DNA of 64,000 bases from Octopus sinensis (taxonomy: Eukaryota): assembly GCF_006345805.1 (NCBI RefSeq), contig NC_043008.1:60884001-60948000 (forward strand), read 5' to 3'. Positions within the stretch are counted from its first letter, which is position 1; every line of letters starts with the position of its first letter. Below, piece by piece: positions 24,583 through 37,380 of the stretch. The translations under genes were made by a program, and so were the position numbers. Below the pieces are notes generated by a model that was given only the letters and a program-made list of their open reading frames with translations, made no database searches and had not been told where the DNA came from.

Positions 24583-25884
24583 GTACATGATTATATTGAC
24601 CTCACCTCAGTATTTCACTATCACTTTCTTTTATCGAAATTGAAGGGATTGTATGTAATGTTAACCTCGATAGGATCTGAAAGCAGAATGTAAAGTGCTT
24701 AAAGAAATAATATTTGAGACTCTATCGATTCTGCCAAAATGATAAGTTATATTGTTTTGCCACGGGAGATCATCTATCTACTACATATATTTTAAAATCA
24801 CTATGTCCGACACAACATTATTTAAACCGTTGTTTCACAGTATCTTCAAATATTTCTTTCAAATTTCGGGGAAGGGTAAGACGATTATATTAACCCCAAT
24901 TTTCAACTGGTATTTGTTTAATCGACCGCAGTATGATGAACGCGAAATCGTCCGCTGGGGAATTTGAACTCAGAACGTTAAGACCTTATTGTAACCTAGT
25001 GCACCCAGCAATGCTCTGCGTTATTTATGCGTTGGGCAGGAAGAAGGGCATCCAAATGAACTCAAGTGTTGCGTTCTGTATATTGTATTAGAACATCACT
25101 GTGGTGTTCAAACACCCTGTTGCCTGTATTTGTCTTAAAACTCTATCCAAGATCCTTCTCATCCACCAACACATCACCATCATAATTACTTATGACAAAT
25201 ACTTTTTTTTTTCGAGACTACAGTTTTATGTTCGCAAAACATGAAGTTCATATTATTACGTATAAGTGGAAAACTTCCTGTTTGGATATTTTTAGTCTCT
25301 AATTTTATAAACTTTCGCTGCGTGTCAGAGATTACCGCCCTTTTGAATAATGGTATCGAAATAGAGGTTGCTGTAATACATAGTATTTCATAACGTGAAT
25401 GGAGATATTTTTCATATAATTCGATAATGCGCAGATATGTAAATATTAACGTAGCACCATTGCTTACAAAGCAAGCAGCAGAATTATATTTCTTTGTTTT
25501 TATCCAAAATGTGTGCAGAAAATCGCTTAGTTTATCAAAGATAAGGAATAATGTTTTAAACACTTTGACGTGACATACACTTGTGGATTTATCACATGTT
25601 GTCTTTTCAATTCTTTTAATAAAAGGAACGACAATTTTGTTTAAGCAGAAAGATTATGAAGTAAAAGTATAGTTATAATTTCACTTGAATAAATATCTGT
25701 TAATAGTTCAGTGTTTGTTTATAAATTGTTCCGAAATATGTGGCTAAATCTAATGTAAACTGGATAATTACCTCTCGTATAGAAATTTTACAGTATTAAA
25801 TTTCATCATATGAATATGTGTGAATATCTATGTCTAAAAAAGAGGATGGGTGTATATAATTAGTTTTGTACCTCATAATGTGAT

Positions 25885-26027
25885 CTTGCTTACCAACCAC
25901 ATGGTTCCGGGTTCAGTCCCACTGCGTGGCATCTTGGGCAAGTGTCTTCTGCTATAGCCCCGGGCCGACCAATGCCTTGTGAGTGGATTTGGTAGACGGA
26001 AACTGAAAGAAGCCTGTCGTATATTTG

Positions 26028-26060
<33 letters not shown>

Positions 26061-26270
26061 TTGTGTGTCTGTGTTTGTCCCCTTAGCATTGCTTGACAAC
26101 CGATGCTGGTGTGCTTACGTCCCCGTCACTTAGCGGTTCGGCAAAAGAGACCGATAGAATAAGTGCTGGGCTTACAAAGAATAAGTCCCGGGGTCGATTT
26201 GCTCGACAAAAGGCGGTGCTCCAGCATGGCCGCAGTCAAATGACTGAAACAAGTAAAAGAGTAAAAGAGT
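25885..26270 (+). mobile_element. SINE family A, slightly 5'-truncated
   Basis: Collinear with 2382-2764; ends in (GTAAAAGA)2. Confidence 0.9.
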
Positions 26271-26419
26271 AAATATACGGAATGCCACCGCGTATAAAAG
26301 TGTAACATTGTCAAAAACTACTTTACACGCGGAAAAACTGCCCAGTAATATACGCACACAAACCCGCACACAAACCTACCCATAAGTAAACGGAATCACA
26401 CAAAAACACACACAAAAAC

Positions 26420-27010
26420 TTAAGAATATATTTATGCAATAAAATCGACATTGGCTTCAACCACGGCTTCCAGAAAACTTCGGAACGGCCTTCATGTTTA
26501 AGTTGGTGAATGCTGCCATAATCCATGACTTCATTTCATCTTTAGTGTTACAAGGAGTTTTGATGGTCTCTCGTTCAACTTTGCCCCACGCATAATAATC
26601 AAGGAGGTTGCATTCTGGGGAGTTAGGTCGCCAGATGTTAGGGGTGACGTGGTTGCAGAAGTTGCCTGACAACCACGACTGGGTTCTCTTGTTTGTGTGG
26701 CATGGTGCAGGGTCCTGTTGTCAGGCATAGATTCCACCAGCAGTCACCCTGTTGAACCAGGGCAGCACTACTTTCTCCAGGCACTTGATGTAGGCTTGCA
26801 TGCATATTGAGTCTGAGGCCAAAAGAGAAATGGAGGTATAACGACGCCATCATTTGTGATCACTCCAAACACACTGATGTTGACTGGATGTTTGATATTT
26901 ATCACTCTCGGTGCATGTCCTCAGATTGCACTGTCCTCGGATTGACACCCAAGCACTCTGGAATGTTCGCGAATGCATGTCTATCTATCTATCTAGCATG
27001 TCGTTTCCAA
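26420..27010 (-). pseudogene. maT (DD37D-like) transposase, internally deleted
   Basis: IWKRHA..ECLGVNPRTVQ joined to IKHPVNISVFGVITNDGVVIPPF...YIKCLEKVVLPW...QQDPAPCHTNKRTQSWLSGNFCNHVTPNIWRPNSPECNLLDYYAWGKVERET. Confidence 0.88.
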
Positions 27011-27164
27011 ATTTATGGCCGAGTGCATTGAGTGTTGTTGTTCTCACAGGCAGTGTACAACTGACCCTACTATATTGTATAATCGACAAAATCAAGAACA
27101 AACAATGCGTATGCGCGAAGTAAAGAATATAAAATCGCGAAAATTTACGCATCGCACCCTTTAT

Positions 27165-27167
<3 letters not shown>

Positions 27168-27204
<37 letters not shown>

Positions 27205-27322
27205 AGAAAGAGAGCGACAGATAGATAGATGTTTAATTAGAAAGATAGCTAGACAGACAGACAAACAGATAGATAGATAGACAGATAGATAGATAGACAG
27301 ATAGATAGACAGATATATATAT

Positions 27323-27382
<60 letters not shown>

Positions 27383-27428
27383 GTAGATAGATATATAGAT
27401 AGATAGATAGATAGAGATAGATAGATAG

Positions 27429-27489
<61 letters not shown>

Positions 27490-27513
27490 GTTAGATAGGT
27501 AGATAAGTAGAAG

Positions 27514-27600
<87 letters not shown>
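27168..27600. repeat. (CA)n followed by long (GATA)n microsatellite
   Basis: Directly visible. Confidence 0.97.
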
Positions 27601-28100
27601 GCAGAAGGGGATACTGTGGGACACAGATGAAAATACATCAATTTTCTAATTTTAATTTCTTTAATTTAAAATTCAAAAATATATTTGATACACATGAATA
27701 TAAATTGATTTTTTTGCATATATTTACACGAACACGAGACAGTATACGCATATATTGTTATATCCACTTTTGCTGACAGTTTTCTAGTTCTACAACCACT
27801 GGCCTCTCTATTCAGTTTACTGTCTCTATACAAGTACATGTTTGTGTATGTGAGTGTACGTGTATGTACATAATAAGTGTATGTGTGTGCGTGTGTGCAT
27901 AAGCGTAATATCGTCTATTGCGATTCATAAGCACACGGAAACATCGGCTCTCCATTCACCACTTCAGGCATGCGTACATACATCCATCCATAAATCCATC
28001 CGTCCATCCATCCATCCATCCATAGCTACATACATACATACATACATACATACACACATACATACATACATATATGTGTGTGTGTGTATATATATAAAAA

Positions 28101-28434
28101 GGGTAAAGACCCCCTTCGGTCAGGCACTGACCATGGGTTTGCACCTAGAGAGATACCCTCTGAGGCACAAGTCTGGGCAAGGTTGTTTTATGGAAGACCA
28201 GCAGTCGGCCATGCATACCGGCCTCCCCTCTCCACGTCACCGATGTTGTCCAAGGGAAAGGCAAAGGGGCCGATACAGCTTGGCACCTGTGACGTCGCAA
28301 CTCATTTCTACAGCTGAGTGAACCGGAGCAACGTGAAATAAAGTGCCTTGCTCAAGAACACAACACGCAGCCCCGTCCGGGATTCGAGCTCACAACCTCA
28401 CGATCGTAAGCTCGACGCTCAAACCACTGAGCCA
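28101..28434 (-). mobile_element. SINE family D, near full length
   Basis: Minus strand: TGGCTCAGTGG (A-box), GCTCGAATCCC (B-box-like), core TTCTTGAGCAAGGCACTTTATTTCACGTTGCTCCGGTTCACTCAGCTG; embedded in microsatellite. Confidence 0.88.
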
Positions 28435-28979
28435 TATATATATATATATACACATGTATATATACACACACACACGTTTCCCATTTCAACGTACTAAATG
28501 CACAAGGGTAATATCAATGCTGCGCTTCTCATCTTATTTGCGCACGTGCATGTGCATTAAATACATAAATCTGCATGCCTATAGGCACATAGCAATTTTT
28601 TTATGTATAACACTCAAAATTCATACGTTCTTACGCTAACTCAAACACACACACACACATATATGCGTATGCATTGTCCATTCTTTGCTTATGTTTATAT
28701 GTCAACACATCCATATGAATATAACCTCCCGTACGTCTATGTAGGTATGTATCTACGTGTGTAATGTGTGCATATAATCATGCATGTATAAATGCATGTA
28801 TACATGTATGTATTATATATTCAAATATAAAGTCCATATACATATTTATATATGTTAAATAAATCAATAAACATATATATATATATATTTATATGTTTTC
28901 AACATGTGATCTCTTGAGCACCACCAGCATAAATATTTTTTTCCTCTGTCTTCCCTTCTCGGGATCTTTCCTTCTCCTT

Positions 28980-29014
28980 GTTTCCGACGAAGAGCTCCGC
29001 TCGAAACGTTAAAT
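28980..29014 (+). ncRNA. Minimal type I hammerhead-ribozyme-like motif
   Basis: GTTT-CCGACGA-A-GAGC(TCC)GCTC-GAAA-CG-TT-AAAT: GAGC/GCTC stem II, GAAACGT palindromic stem III, short stem I; position 4 is C. Confidence 0.65.
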
Positions 29015-29112
29015 CCTCCTTCTTCCCTTCTTTCCTGAGCGTCAAATAATACTTTAATTGTTCCACGTCCTCGCGTTGCTGTGTTTTTTTCTGTGTTTCC
29101 TTGTTTGGATTA

Positions 29113-29153
<41 letters not shown>

Positions 29154-29224
29154 TAATATGTATGCATATATACTTACATATATGTACATACCTACATATA
29201 TATATGTATACATACATGCATATA

Positions 29225-29455
29225 TGAGTACAGGACGTCAGAAAAACGCGAACGATATGAAAAACGAGAACGTAAATAAACAAAAACATGGAATATGAGC
29301 TTTTTTTCGAACAACGAAAGAATCAAAGAGAGAAACAAGAAAAGCAACATAAAGAACAACCCCTTCATCAATTGTCCCCTGTTTTATCTGGTACGCGTTT
29401 TCGAACGCTGGGGCAAGACGCGATTTCGTTAAAGGAGTCGTTCCTGCATAGCAAT
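29225..29455. mobile_element. Microsatellite-abutting repeat fragment, homologous to 905-1070
   Basis: Shared ordered sequence blocks, opposite orientation. Confidence 0.5.
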
Positions 29456-29470
29456 ATATATATATACGTA

Positions 29471-29784
29471 GAGGGGCAAAGGCCCAGTGGTTAGGGCAGC
29501 GGACTCGCGGTTGTAGGATCGCGGTTTCGATTCCCAGACCGGGCGTTTGTGAGTGCTTATTGAGCGAAAACACCTAAAGCTCCAGGAGGCTCCGGCAGGG
29601 GGGGGGGCGGAGGCGATCCCTGCTGTACTCTTTCGCCGCAATTTTCTTTCACTGTTTCTTCTGTTGGCCTGCTCACTTAGCCAGCGGGGTGGCGTCATTT
29701 GAAGGCTAAAACAATGCGAAGCGCATTGTGACCAGCGATGTGTAGCAACATCTGATATCCTGGTCGGTCTTGATGATCACGGTG

Positions 29785-29785
<1 letters not shown>
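29471..29785 (+). mobile_element. SINE family C, tail type 2
   Basis: Family C head plus the tail shared with 17025-17298. Confidence 0.88.
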
Positions 29786-29825
<40 letters not shown>

Positions 29826-30960
29826 TACATATATGTGGGATTTTTGTGTACAGTTGTATGCATGTATAAATGTATGTATATAAATGCATGTGGTTATTAG
29901 TGTGCGTGCACATGCATGTTCGCGTGTTTTAATCCCGCGGCAGCTGTTACAGTCTTTTAATTATATACAATCCTCAGTAAAAGCATAGGAGTAAAAGCGG
30001 ACAACCTCAAGAATAATGTGTTGTTTTCTTTTTCAAATTACGCAAACAACAATATATATATATGTATATATATGTGTGTGTGTATGTGTGTGCGTGTGTG
30101 TATGTATTATATGTATTTGTATAAATATATGTATGTTTAATGTGTGGTTGGAGGGGCGGTGAATTGAATGGATTAACGAAAAATACATATGATATGTAAT
30201 AAAATTTAAAACCACATTTAAGCCGCCAGCTTGCCTCAATTAAAAAAAAATCGCAACTACAAGAAAACAAACAACAAGTAAAGGACTTCAAATACTGTAA
30301 CAGATTTTATGTTATAACTGTTCACATCGACTCTTGTCTGGTTCAGTTTTGCGCTCTGAATTGTGTCGTTAAATAAAAAAAAAATTAAAACATTTCTTAT
30401 ACATCATTGTAACTTAAACCCACACCATAAAAACCAATAACAACAATGGTTCTTTTTTCCTTGTTTTTCTTTTCATCGCCACACATGTAGCACGCGATGG
30501 CGTATAATTACTGAATTAAATGTACCTAAGTACATATCACCAACTTTTATTTATTCAACACGGAAAAGAAAGAAAATATTGAATTATAAATCTGATCCCA
30601 CAGAACTTTTATTTTGCTAATCGTTTGGGCAGGGAGATTAGGCCAACATCCACGGCCCTGTATATTTTTCCCAAGGCTTCGTTAGCTGGTAAATAGTATA
30701 GGAGAACTTATCGTTATACCAGAAAAATTTGCAACATAGTGAAATCCCTTAAAGTCCCCTAAAGACTAAGTGACAGTGTTAAACAGCGTGACGGATTAAA
30801 CGTACCAATCGAAAACAAACGGTAAGGGGTGGGAGAATTTCTTTAAGGGATTTTGTAGGATTCTCTAGTAAACCCGATAGATTATTGAACCGGATTAGCA
30901 CTCTAGTGTGTCGAACATGAAAACATGAAATGTAGAACTGACATCGCTATATGCCCACGT

Positions 30961-31029
30961 GTAGATGGCGTAGTGGTTAAGAATGCGGGCTACTAACCCC
31001 AAGATTCCGAGTTCGATTCCAAGCAGTGG

Positions 31030-31068
<39 letters not shown>

Positions 31069-31184
31069 TAATAATAATAATAATATAATAATAATAAAAA
31101 TAATAAATAATAATAATAATAATAATAATAAAAATAATAATAATAATAAAAATAATAATAATGATAATAATAATAATAATAATG

Positions 31185-31215
<31 letters not shown>

Positions 31216-31335
31216 CAACATCGAAAAATACCCCAGGAATTAGAACTCAGGTTCGAAATTGCCTCCAAGGCACCTGATGAAGGCTGGAGGGTATATCGGA
31301 CAAATACCCGTTAAATGTAAATAATGTAAATAATG
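30961..31335 (+). mobile_element. SINE family E: tRNA-like head, internal (AAT)n, tail with partial hammerhead core and (TGTAAATAA)2
   Basis: A-box TGGCGTAGTGG, B-box GTTCGATTCC, (AAT)n about 31033-31220, CCTGATGAAGGCTG at 31273-31286, terminal tandem repeat. Confidence 0.7.
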
Positions 31336-31720
31336 ACCTCGACTTTATTGCAATCTCATTGTAGAAACTCAGGCAATGTTTTCCTGATACAGATCTTTAA
31401 GTAAATGGAGAGTAAATAGTTCATTTAACTACCCAGGGATCCATTATGCTTTTTTTCAATTACGTCCAGTTAGATCAGTTACGACCGTTAGATTTCGGTG
31501 GTAAACGGATCTTTCCGGAGCCTACATTCTAACGTCACTCTCCAGACTCATGTAATTGCTTAGAAATTCGCCGAGAGGAAAAAAAAAATCAAGGATTAAT
31601 GCCTTTAGTAATATTTAGCACGGAAAATCCTTGCTGTAATCCATGCTTGAGATCTTCATTAGATTCTCTTCTCTGACCCTAATTGGTTTTGTAGCGTGTC
31701 GCTAAAGCCGCTGTCAACAA

Positions 31721-31772
31721 ATGTCACCATTGGAGTCGCTGTATTACAAGGCAGCAACTCCAATGGTGACAT
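31721..31772. other. Near-perfect 52-nt inverted repeat (21-bp stem, one mismatch, 10-nt loop)
   Basis: ATGTCACCATTGGAGTcGCTG / CAGCaACTCCAATGGTGACAT, directly visible. Confidence 0.9.
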
Positions 31773-32122
31773 CTACAATCAGGAATTATACACATAAAAT
31801 AAGAAATAAAAACAACCACAATAATAACCACCACAACAGAAACTATTTCAATAGAAGCATCATCGATGACACAAACTCAAACAGCAAGAACAACAATTTC
31901 AACAATTATTGTTTCTTGACAGCAACTAGTTCCGAGACTGACAATTTGTTAAATGTCAATGATAGAAAAAACTAAAATTCTTGGTAATCCATACAGAGAG
32001 GGATTGATATGATAGCCACTATAGTGGAGCACATCAATAATTCTTCGTGAAGGACGTTCAGTTGGAAATAGAACATACATGGATGAAATCTTCTGAGCTT
32101 TATTTGAACTTTCTTTGATGTA

Positions 32123-32513
32123 GCGCAGGAGTGGCTGTGTGGTAAGTTGCTTGCTTACCAACCACATGGTTCTGGGTTAATTCCCACTGCGTGGCACCTT
32201 GGGCACGTGTCTTCTACTATAACCTCGGGCCGACCAATGCCTTGAGTGTGGATGTAGTAGACGGAAACTGAAAGAAGCCCGTCGTATATATGAATATATA
32301 TATATATGTATGTGTGTGTATGTTTGTCCCCCTCCCAAATTCGCTTGATAACCGATGGTGGTGTGTTTACGTTCCCCGCAACTTGGCGGTTCGGAAAAAG
32401 AGACCGATAGAATAAGTACTAGGTTTCCAAATAAAAAGCCCCGGGGTCGATTTGCTCGACTAAAGCGGTGATTCAGCATGGCCGCAGTCAAATTACTGAA
32501 ACAAGTAAAAGAG
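32123..32513 (+). mobile_element. SINE family A
   Basis: Collinear with 2382-2764 and 25885-26270. Confidence 0.9.
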
Positions 32514-35500
32514 GGTGCTTAATCCTATATACAGTTGTAATTATTAGTTATCTTACAAACTGTGAACATTGCTTAATTAAATATTTCGAGACGTCGAAAG
32601 TTTTGTCTCAAATATTTTTAGCTGAACAAACAACCCATGAAAATCGATATACCTTAAATGGAAATGGTCGCAGGCAAATCTCCGTTATGATTTGTTTATT
32701 GATTCCTACATGGAGTTTCTTTCTTCAAGAACCATTACCATTTAATCTAGATTGTAAGTTAGCAATTACTTTTTCCCATATAGGAATTAATCAGTTCCAA
32801 AGAAACAGAAAACTATGACGCTCAGAGCAAGGAATCTGAAATGGAAATATATGTTCATAATAAACATAAAAATAAGTATGGCTTTTATTATGGTGGTATA
32901 AATTGCATTGGTACTCACAGCAATTTATATGGCCTTTTAAGAGAAGCGTAGATATCCACAATTTTACACCCTCGCTCTGTCAACCTCACAACAGCACACA
33001 ATAAACCAATCAATGAGATGTAAACTAAGTTTCTCTTTTTCGGACATCTGCACAAAACGTTTTATTAATGTAATATTTCTATTTTAGCCGTGAAAAGGAA
33101 GGTAAACTTACAAATTACTCTGAATTTTCCTGGAAAACAAATGGAAGGAAATAGAGAATACTTATGCGATATAGCTGAGATTAAATTAGAATATGATATT
33201 ATAAGATGTTGAAAACGCATTGAAGATTTGCATTAGTTAAACCGTTGGTGGGGAAGTTGATTCTTAGCAACACAACGGTTCTGTCGGTTGGTTAAACAAG
33301 AAACTCCAGGGAGGAAAACAGGTTTGCTGCAAAGCTAATTATCAGCTAAATGACTTTGAAAGAATCTACAATACCGACTGCTAACGACTACAGAGGAAAT
33401 AAACAGATGGTAGATAGAGAATTAAATAAGCAAAAATATGTAACAAATAATGAGATAAACGCAATGCAATGTGACAAACAGAGATGTATTATCAGGTTTT
33501 ATATTATACACTTCTGATGCACAATACTAGGTGCTGACGTGTGGTTAAGAAATTTGCTTAGCTCGAAAATGTTTTCAGGTTGGATTACCATTCTGAGTTA
33601 TCTTGGGCAAAATGTGTTATCTAGTGTCACCGTCATAAAGCCAACACCTGACACTTGAATGTGCGTAAATGACCTACATATACCTATGTAATTACATGCA
33701 TAAACATACATGTAAGTACATGCAAGGTTTTCGGGCTAAATCTGATAATTTACATCAAAAGAAAGAAAAAAAAATTTAATTCGAAAAAATATCAAGTAGA
33801 TTATGGATAGTTCACTCGAAGTTGCTACCCTCAGCTTCCACCATACTTTCAAGAAACATCTGGAATTGTGTGCATGCATTCCTCACTGTGTCTCGGGAAA
33901 GACCTGCGAACACCTAGGTACTGACCATTAGCTAGGCCTTGGTGTTGCAGGCAGAGCGGTTACTATCTTTCCCAACCGCGCCACACACATAGTAAGCCTT
34001 GCGATTACAATTAGGTGACTAGAAATCGGGGTTGGTGAAGTCGTAGAGATCCTCCGACAAACACCTCTGGCTCAGTCCGGAGTTATGGCAAGGAACCGAA
34101 TCCTCGTGCCATATACATATGACCTTCCAACAGGAGCCCTCTCCCGCCAGGCTTTGTCCACAATCGCCAGCAGCTTCATAAAGCTGTTTAAATTGAGCTT
34201 AAGGCTCAGATCTTAGATGTGAGGATGAATACAGAACGCCTGCTTAGTCTCCGTTGCAGTTGTTCATATCACGGCTTACAGACTTTACAATGTTCACAAA
34301 GCATTGAACCGCAATGATGATGGTGGCATTTTGACACCTGGTGCAAAGCATTAGGATGCAGGTAACTCTTTCCCAGTATTCAGATAGCTTCCAGTCCTCT
34401 GTGTATGAGGTTACTTCTTTCTCAATTATGCCGGTGACTGTTCGCCAATACATCAAGGTGTTCCTGAAAAAAGCAGGCATAGAAAAGTTGTCAAATTTAT
34501 CCCCAACTTCATGTACTTACATGCACGCTTACACACCGCACACTTTAGCTATTTTAAAATGGAAGAATAGCATTCATTAGATACTGATACTTTTTTTGAT
34601 GTTAGACAAGTCAAGAAGTGCGGTGAGCAAGTTTTTTGCTGATTTCATCAAGTATTTTGACATACAATATTGTGGAAATTTAGGGGCAAACTTTGTCAAA
34701 TATTGTTCAACCTTATTTATATATGTATATACATTTTCATGAGTGTATACCTACACGACGTATCTGTATCATTTTCTGTTATGAATTGTGTGAACGGTGT
34801 TGTATGTTAGCATGTGTCCTTTTTATCATTATGCTTTCAGACACTATTTCGAAAAGATCTAATGACCAATTTTTCAGCCTTCACAAGTTGTGAGCTTAAA
34901 AGGAAATTCCAGCATCTAGTTAACTGTGAACGGCTGTTTGCAGATGAATTTTGATTTCTTGTTCAAGATGTGTTCAGGATGAAAACATGAATCTTTCAGT
35001 TCTCTTACAACTTTGGACTCAATACGAGAAGGAGAAAAATATCAGTAATGCATTCTCCTGTCCTAAAACAGATTAATCCTCTTGGAATAAGTCGAGATGA
35101 GCTAGAACAAATGTAGGGAATTTTGAGTACCTGGAAGTATACAGTCACGCAAATGCCTGCATTGTTGCTAAGATGTCAAGACAAATAAAGATTTTTGAAA
35201 ATTAAGGTACAAAATGGGGGACTGATAAAATACAGGCATTGCTATCTAAATTGGCGGTAATAACAGTCATCTTTACATTTATCCTCAAATTGTCTCAGAG
35301 TTGGATAGTGTATGAAAGCATGAACAAGTCTCATACTAAAAATATTAATCATGTGTACATGGCAGGCCCAAAGAAAATTCTAAGCAAAAAAGTGATGGGG
35401 GAAAATTTGTTATACAAAGGTTCTCTGATGGGCTATCATACCATGTTTCTTTGCTAATATTCAGCGAATCAAGTTGCTTTTATAGTATCATACTTTAAGC

Positions 35501-36299
35501 ATTCAAAACCAACCGCCAACTACGATTTAATATGGAAGACGTCGTGTTTGAGCACAACGTAATAGATTCACGGAAACTTAAAAGCAAACTTTAACAGATC
35601 CTAAGATTAACAAACAAAGAAAAACTCAAACACAAAGGGGGTATTGTGGGAAACATGTCACTTGAAGTTCCACATCCTATTCATATTTATTAATCTCTAT
35701 AGTAAAGTTCTGAAATCAATCTCATAAATCAAACATTAACAATCTTTTTGTGGATGGTTATTAATGTAGAGTTTGGCAAATACTTCTCTGGCAGGCTGAG
35801 CATTCTCTGCGATAAAGAATCCATAAATTAGAAATCTTTTTCTGTTTTCTATCGAACAGTCGTTCTTTCCTTCTTTTCTATCTTCTTCCTTTCCTTGCCA
35901 TTTAATTTTCACGTTTATAATTTTCTTTTATTTATGTTCTGTAGCTGGTTAATCACCATAAATAATTTCATGGATGTACTCTGGGGGACATATTAGCTAT
36001 ATACAATGCGGAAAAGCAGAGAGTGCTGTTTGAACACCCTACCGGACGAAAAACAAAACCCGTCAAATGCGAAGGAAATCATGAGAGTCGACAGCTATCC
36101 GACTATGTGTATATGAGAATTGGTGTGGACTCTCTCAGCCTCGGTTGGCAACCTGCCTTGTAATGTTGTTACGATAAAAATACTGGTCATTGCAAAACCT
36201 TGTAAATGAAAACTCAAAATTTTAAATTTCAAACAGTCACGATAACTGCATTAACGGGGTCAGTGCTGTCAATAGAGAAGATCTTACGGACGGCAGGCA

Positions 36300-37380
36300 T
36301 GGATTTTCTGGTCAAGCTGCGGCGGGTCATCGTTAAATATCAGAAACATGAACTAGGAGAAAATGTTGTGAGTAAATGTTGGCTGAGAAGTGGTCCGAAG
36401 AAAATATGTTTTATGAAACTAGTGAAGAGGTTATGGGATGAAATGGAGTTCGTCAAAGTTTCTATCCAACGATTGACAAAATTGCTCCAGGCAAGGGCAA
36501 TTTGTATAAATGATTGTATTACAGAATAAAGAGTCCAGAAGAGATTTGAACAAAAATAGAAAATGAACAGGGAGGGTGTGAAAAAACCATAATGGAAAGT
36601 GGTAATTAAGAATATTAGTTTGTGACTGAGAATGTTGATGAAGTACATAGTAAAATAGATATTGCTGGACGAGTAACAATAAATCTCGAAGAAGCCTTGA
36701 AAAATAAGAGGAGATTCTACAATTGATGTGAGAAAAAATGTTTGGCATAGACGAGGAAATTCCACTTTGTGTAAAGGATATGGACGGAGAAAAGCTAAGG
36801 AGAACCACAGACAAAGGAAAATTTGTTGCTGTTTGTTTGAGACAGAGGATATCAGTGACAAAAATTAGCCGCTACATATATTGTGGCTGACATAATAGGA
36901 TACAAGCAAAAGACGGTTGAAGAAAAGAAGGGGAAGGAACAGAAAGGACCAGAGAACAAAATTGGAACAAAGTGATGTTTGAAAAGACACGAAATTAACT
37001 GGGGCACTTAGGCTGGATAATGAGAGGGATATTTTATAATTAAGCAATACTCAGAAAAAAAACATGGGAAAGCGAATAGTACATGCAGAATTATTTCGAA
37101 TATGGGTGGCAATTAGGGCCGAATTGAAAAGATACAATGTTAGATGTGAAGGATTTGTGCACAATACAGTGTTGCAATCGAAGAGAAAACAGCATTTTGA
37201 GGTGATGAATGGAGAACAGCATCAGGAAGTGATTCCTAATGAGAAAAAACATAAGGCATTTCGGGGAGACCAGTCTAACAACGTAACAAATAACTTGACA
37301 AAATATGTGTATGGGGAAAACGCATCAGCAAAATATTAGATATGGGATAGAAGAATGGCACACATTGCTGTAGAATACCT
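36300..37380 (+). pseudogene. R4/Dong-type non-LTR retrotransposon, decayed N-terminal ORF region
   Basis: SKCWLRSGPKK...KRLWDE...QRLTKLLQARAI and IWVAIRAELKRYNVRCEGFVHN...MNGEQHQEVIPNE resemble the R4/Dong pre-RT region; many stops and frameshifts. Confidence 0.55.

Noticed and set aside
26288-26332. CCGCGTATAAA / TTTACACGCGG inverted repeat as a transposon TIR or regulatory hairpin
   Set aside because: Short, no TSD, and no partner at the other end of the adjacent maT fragment.
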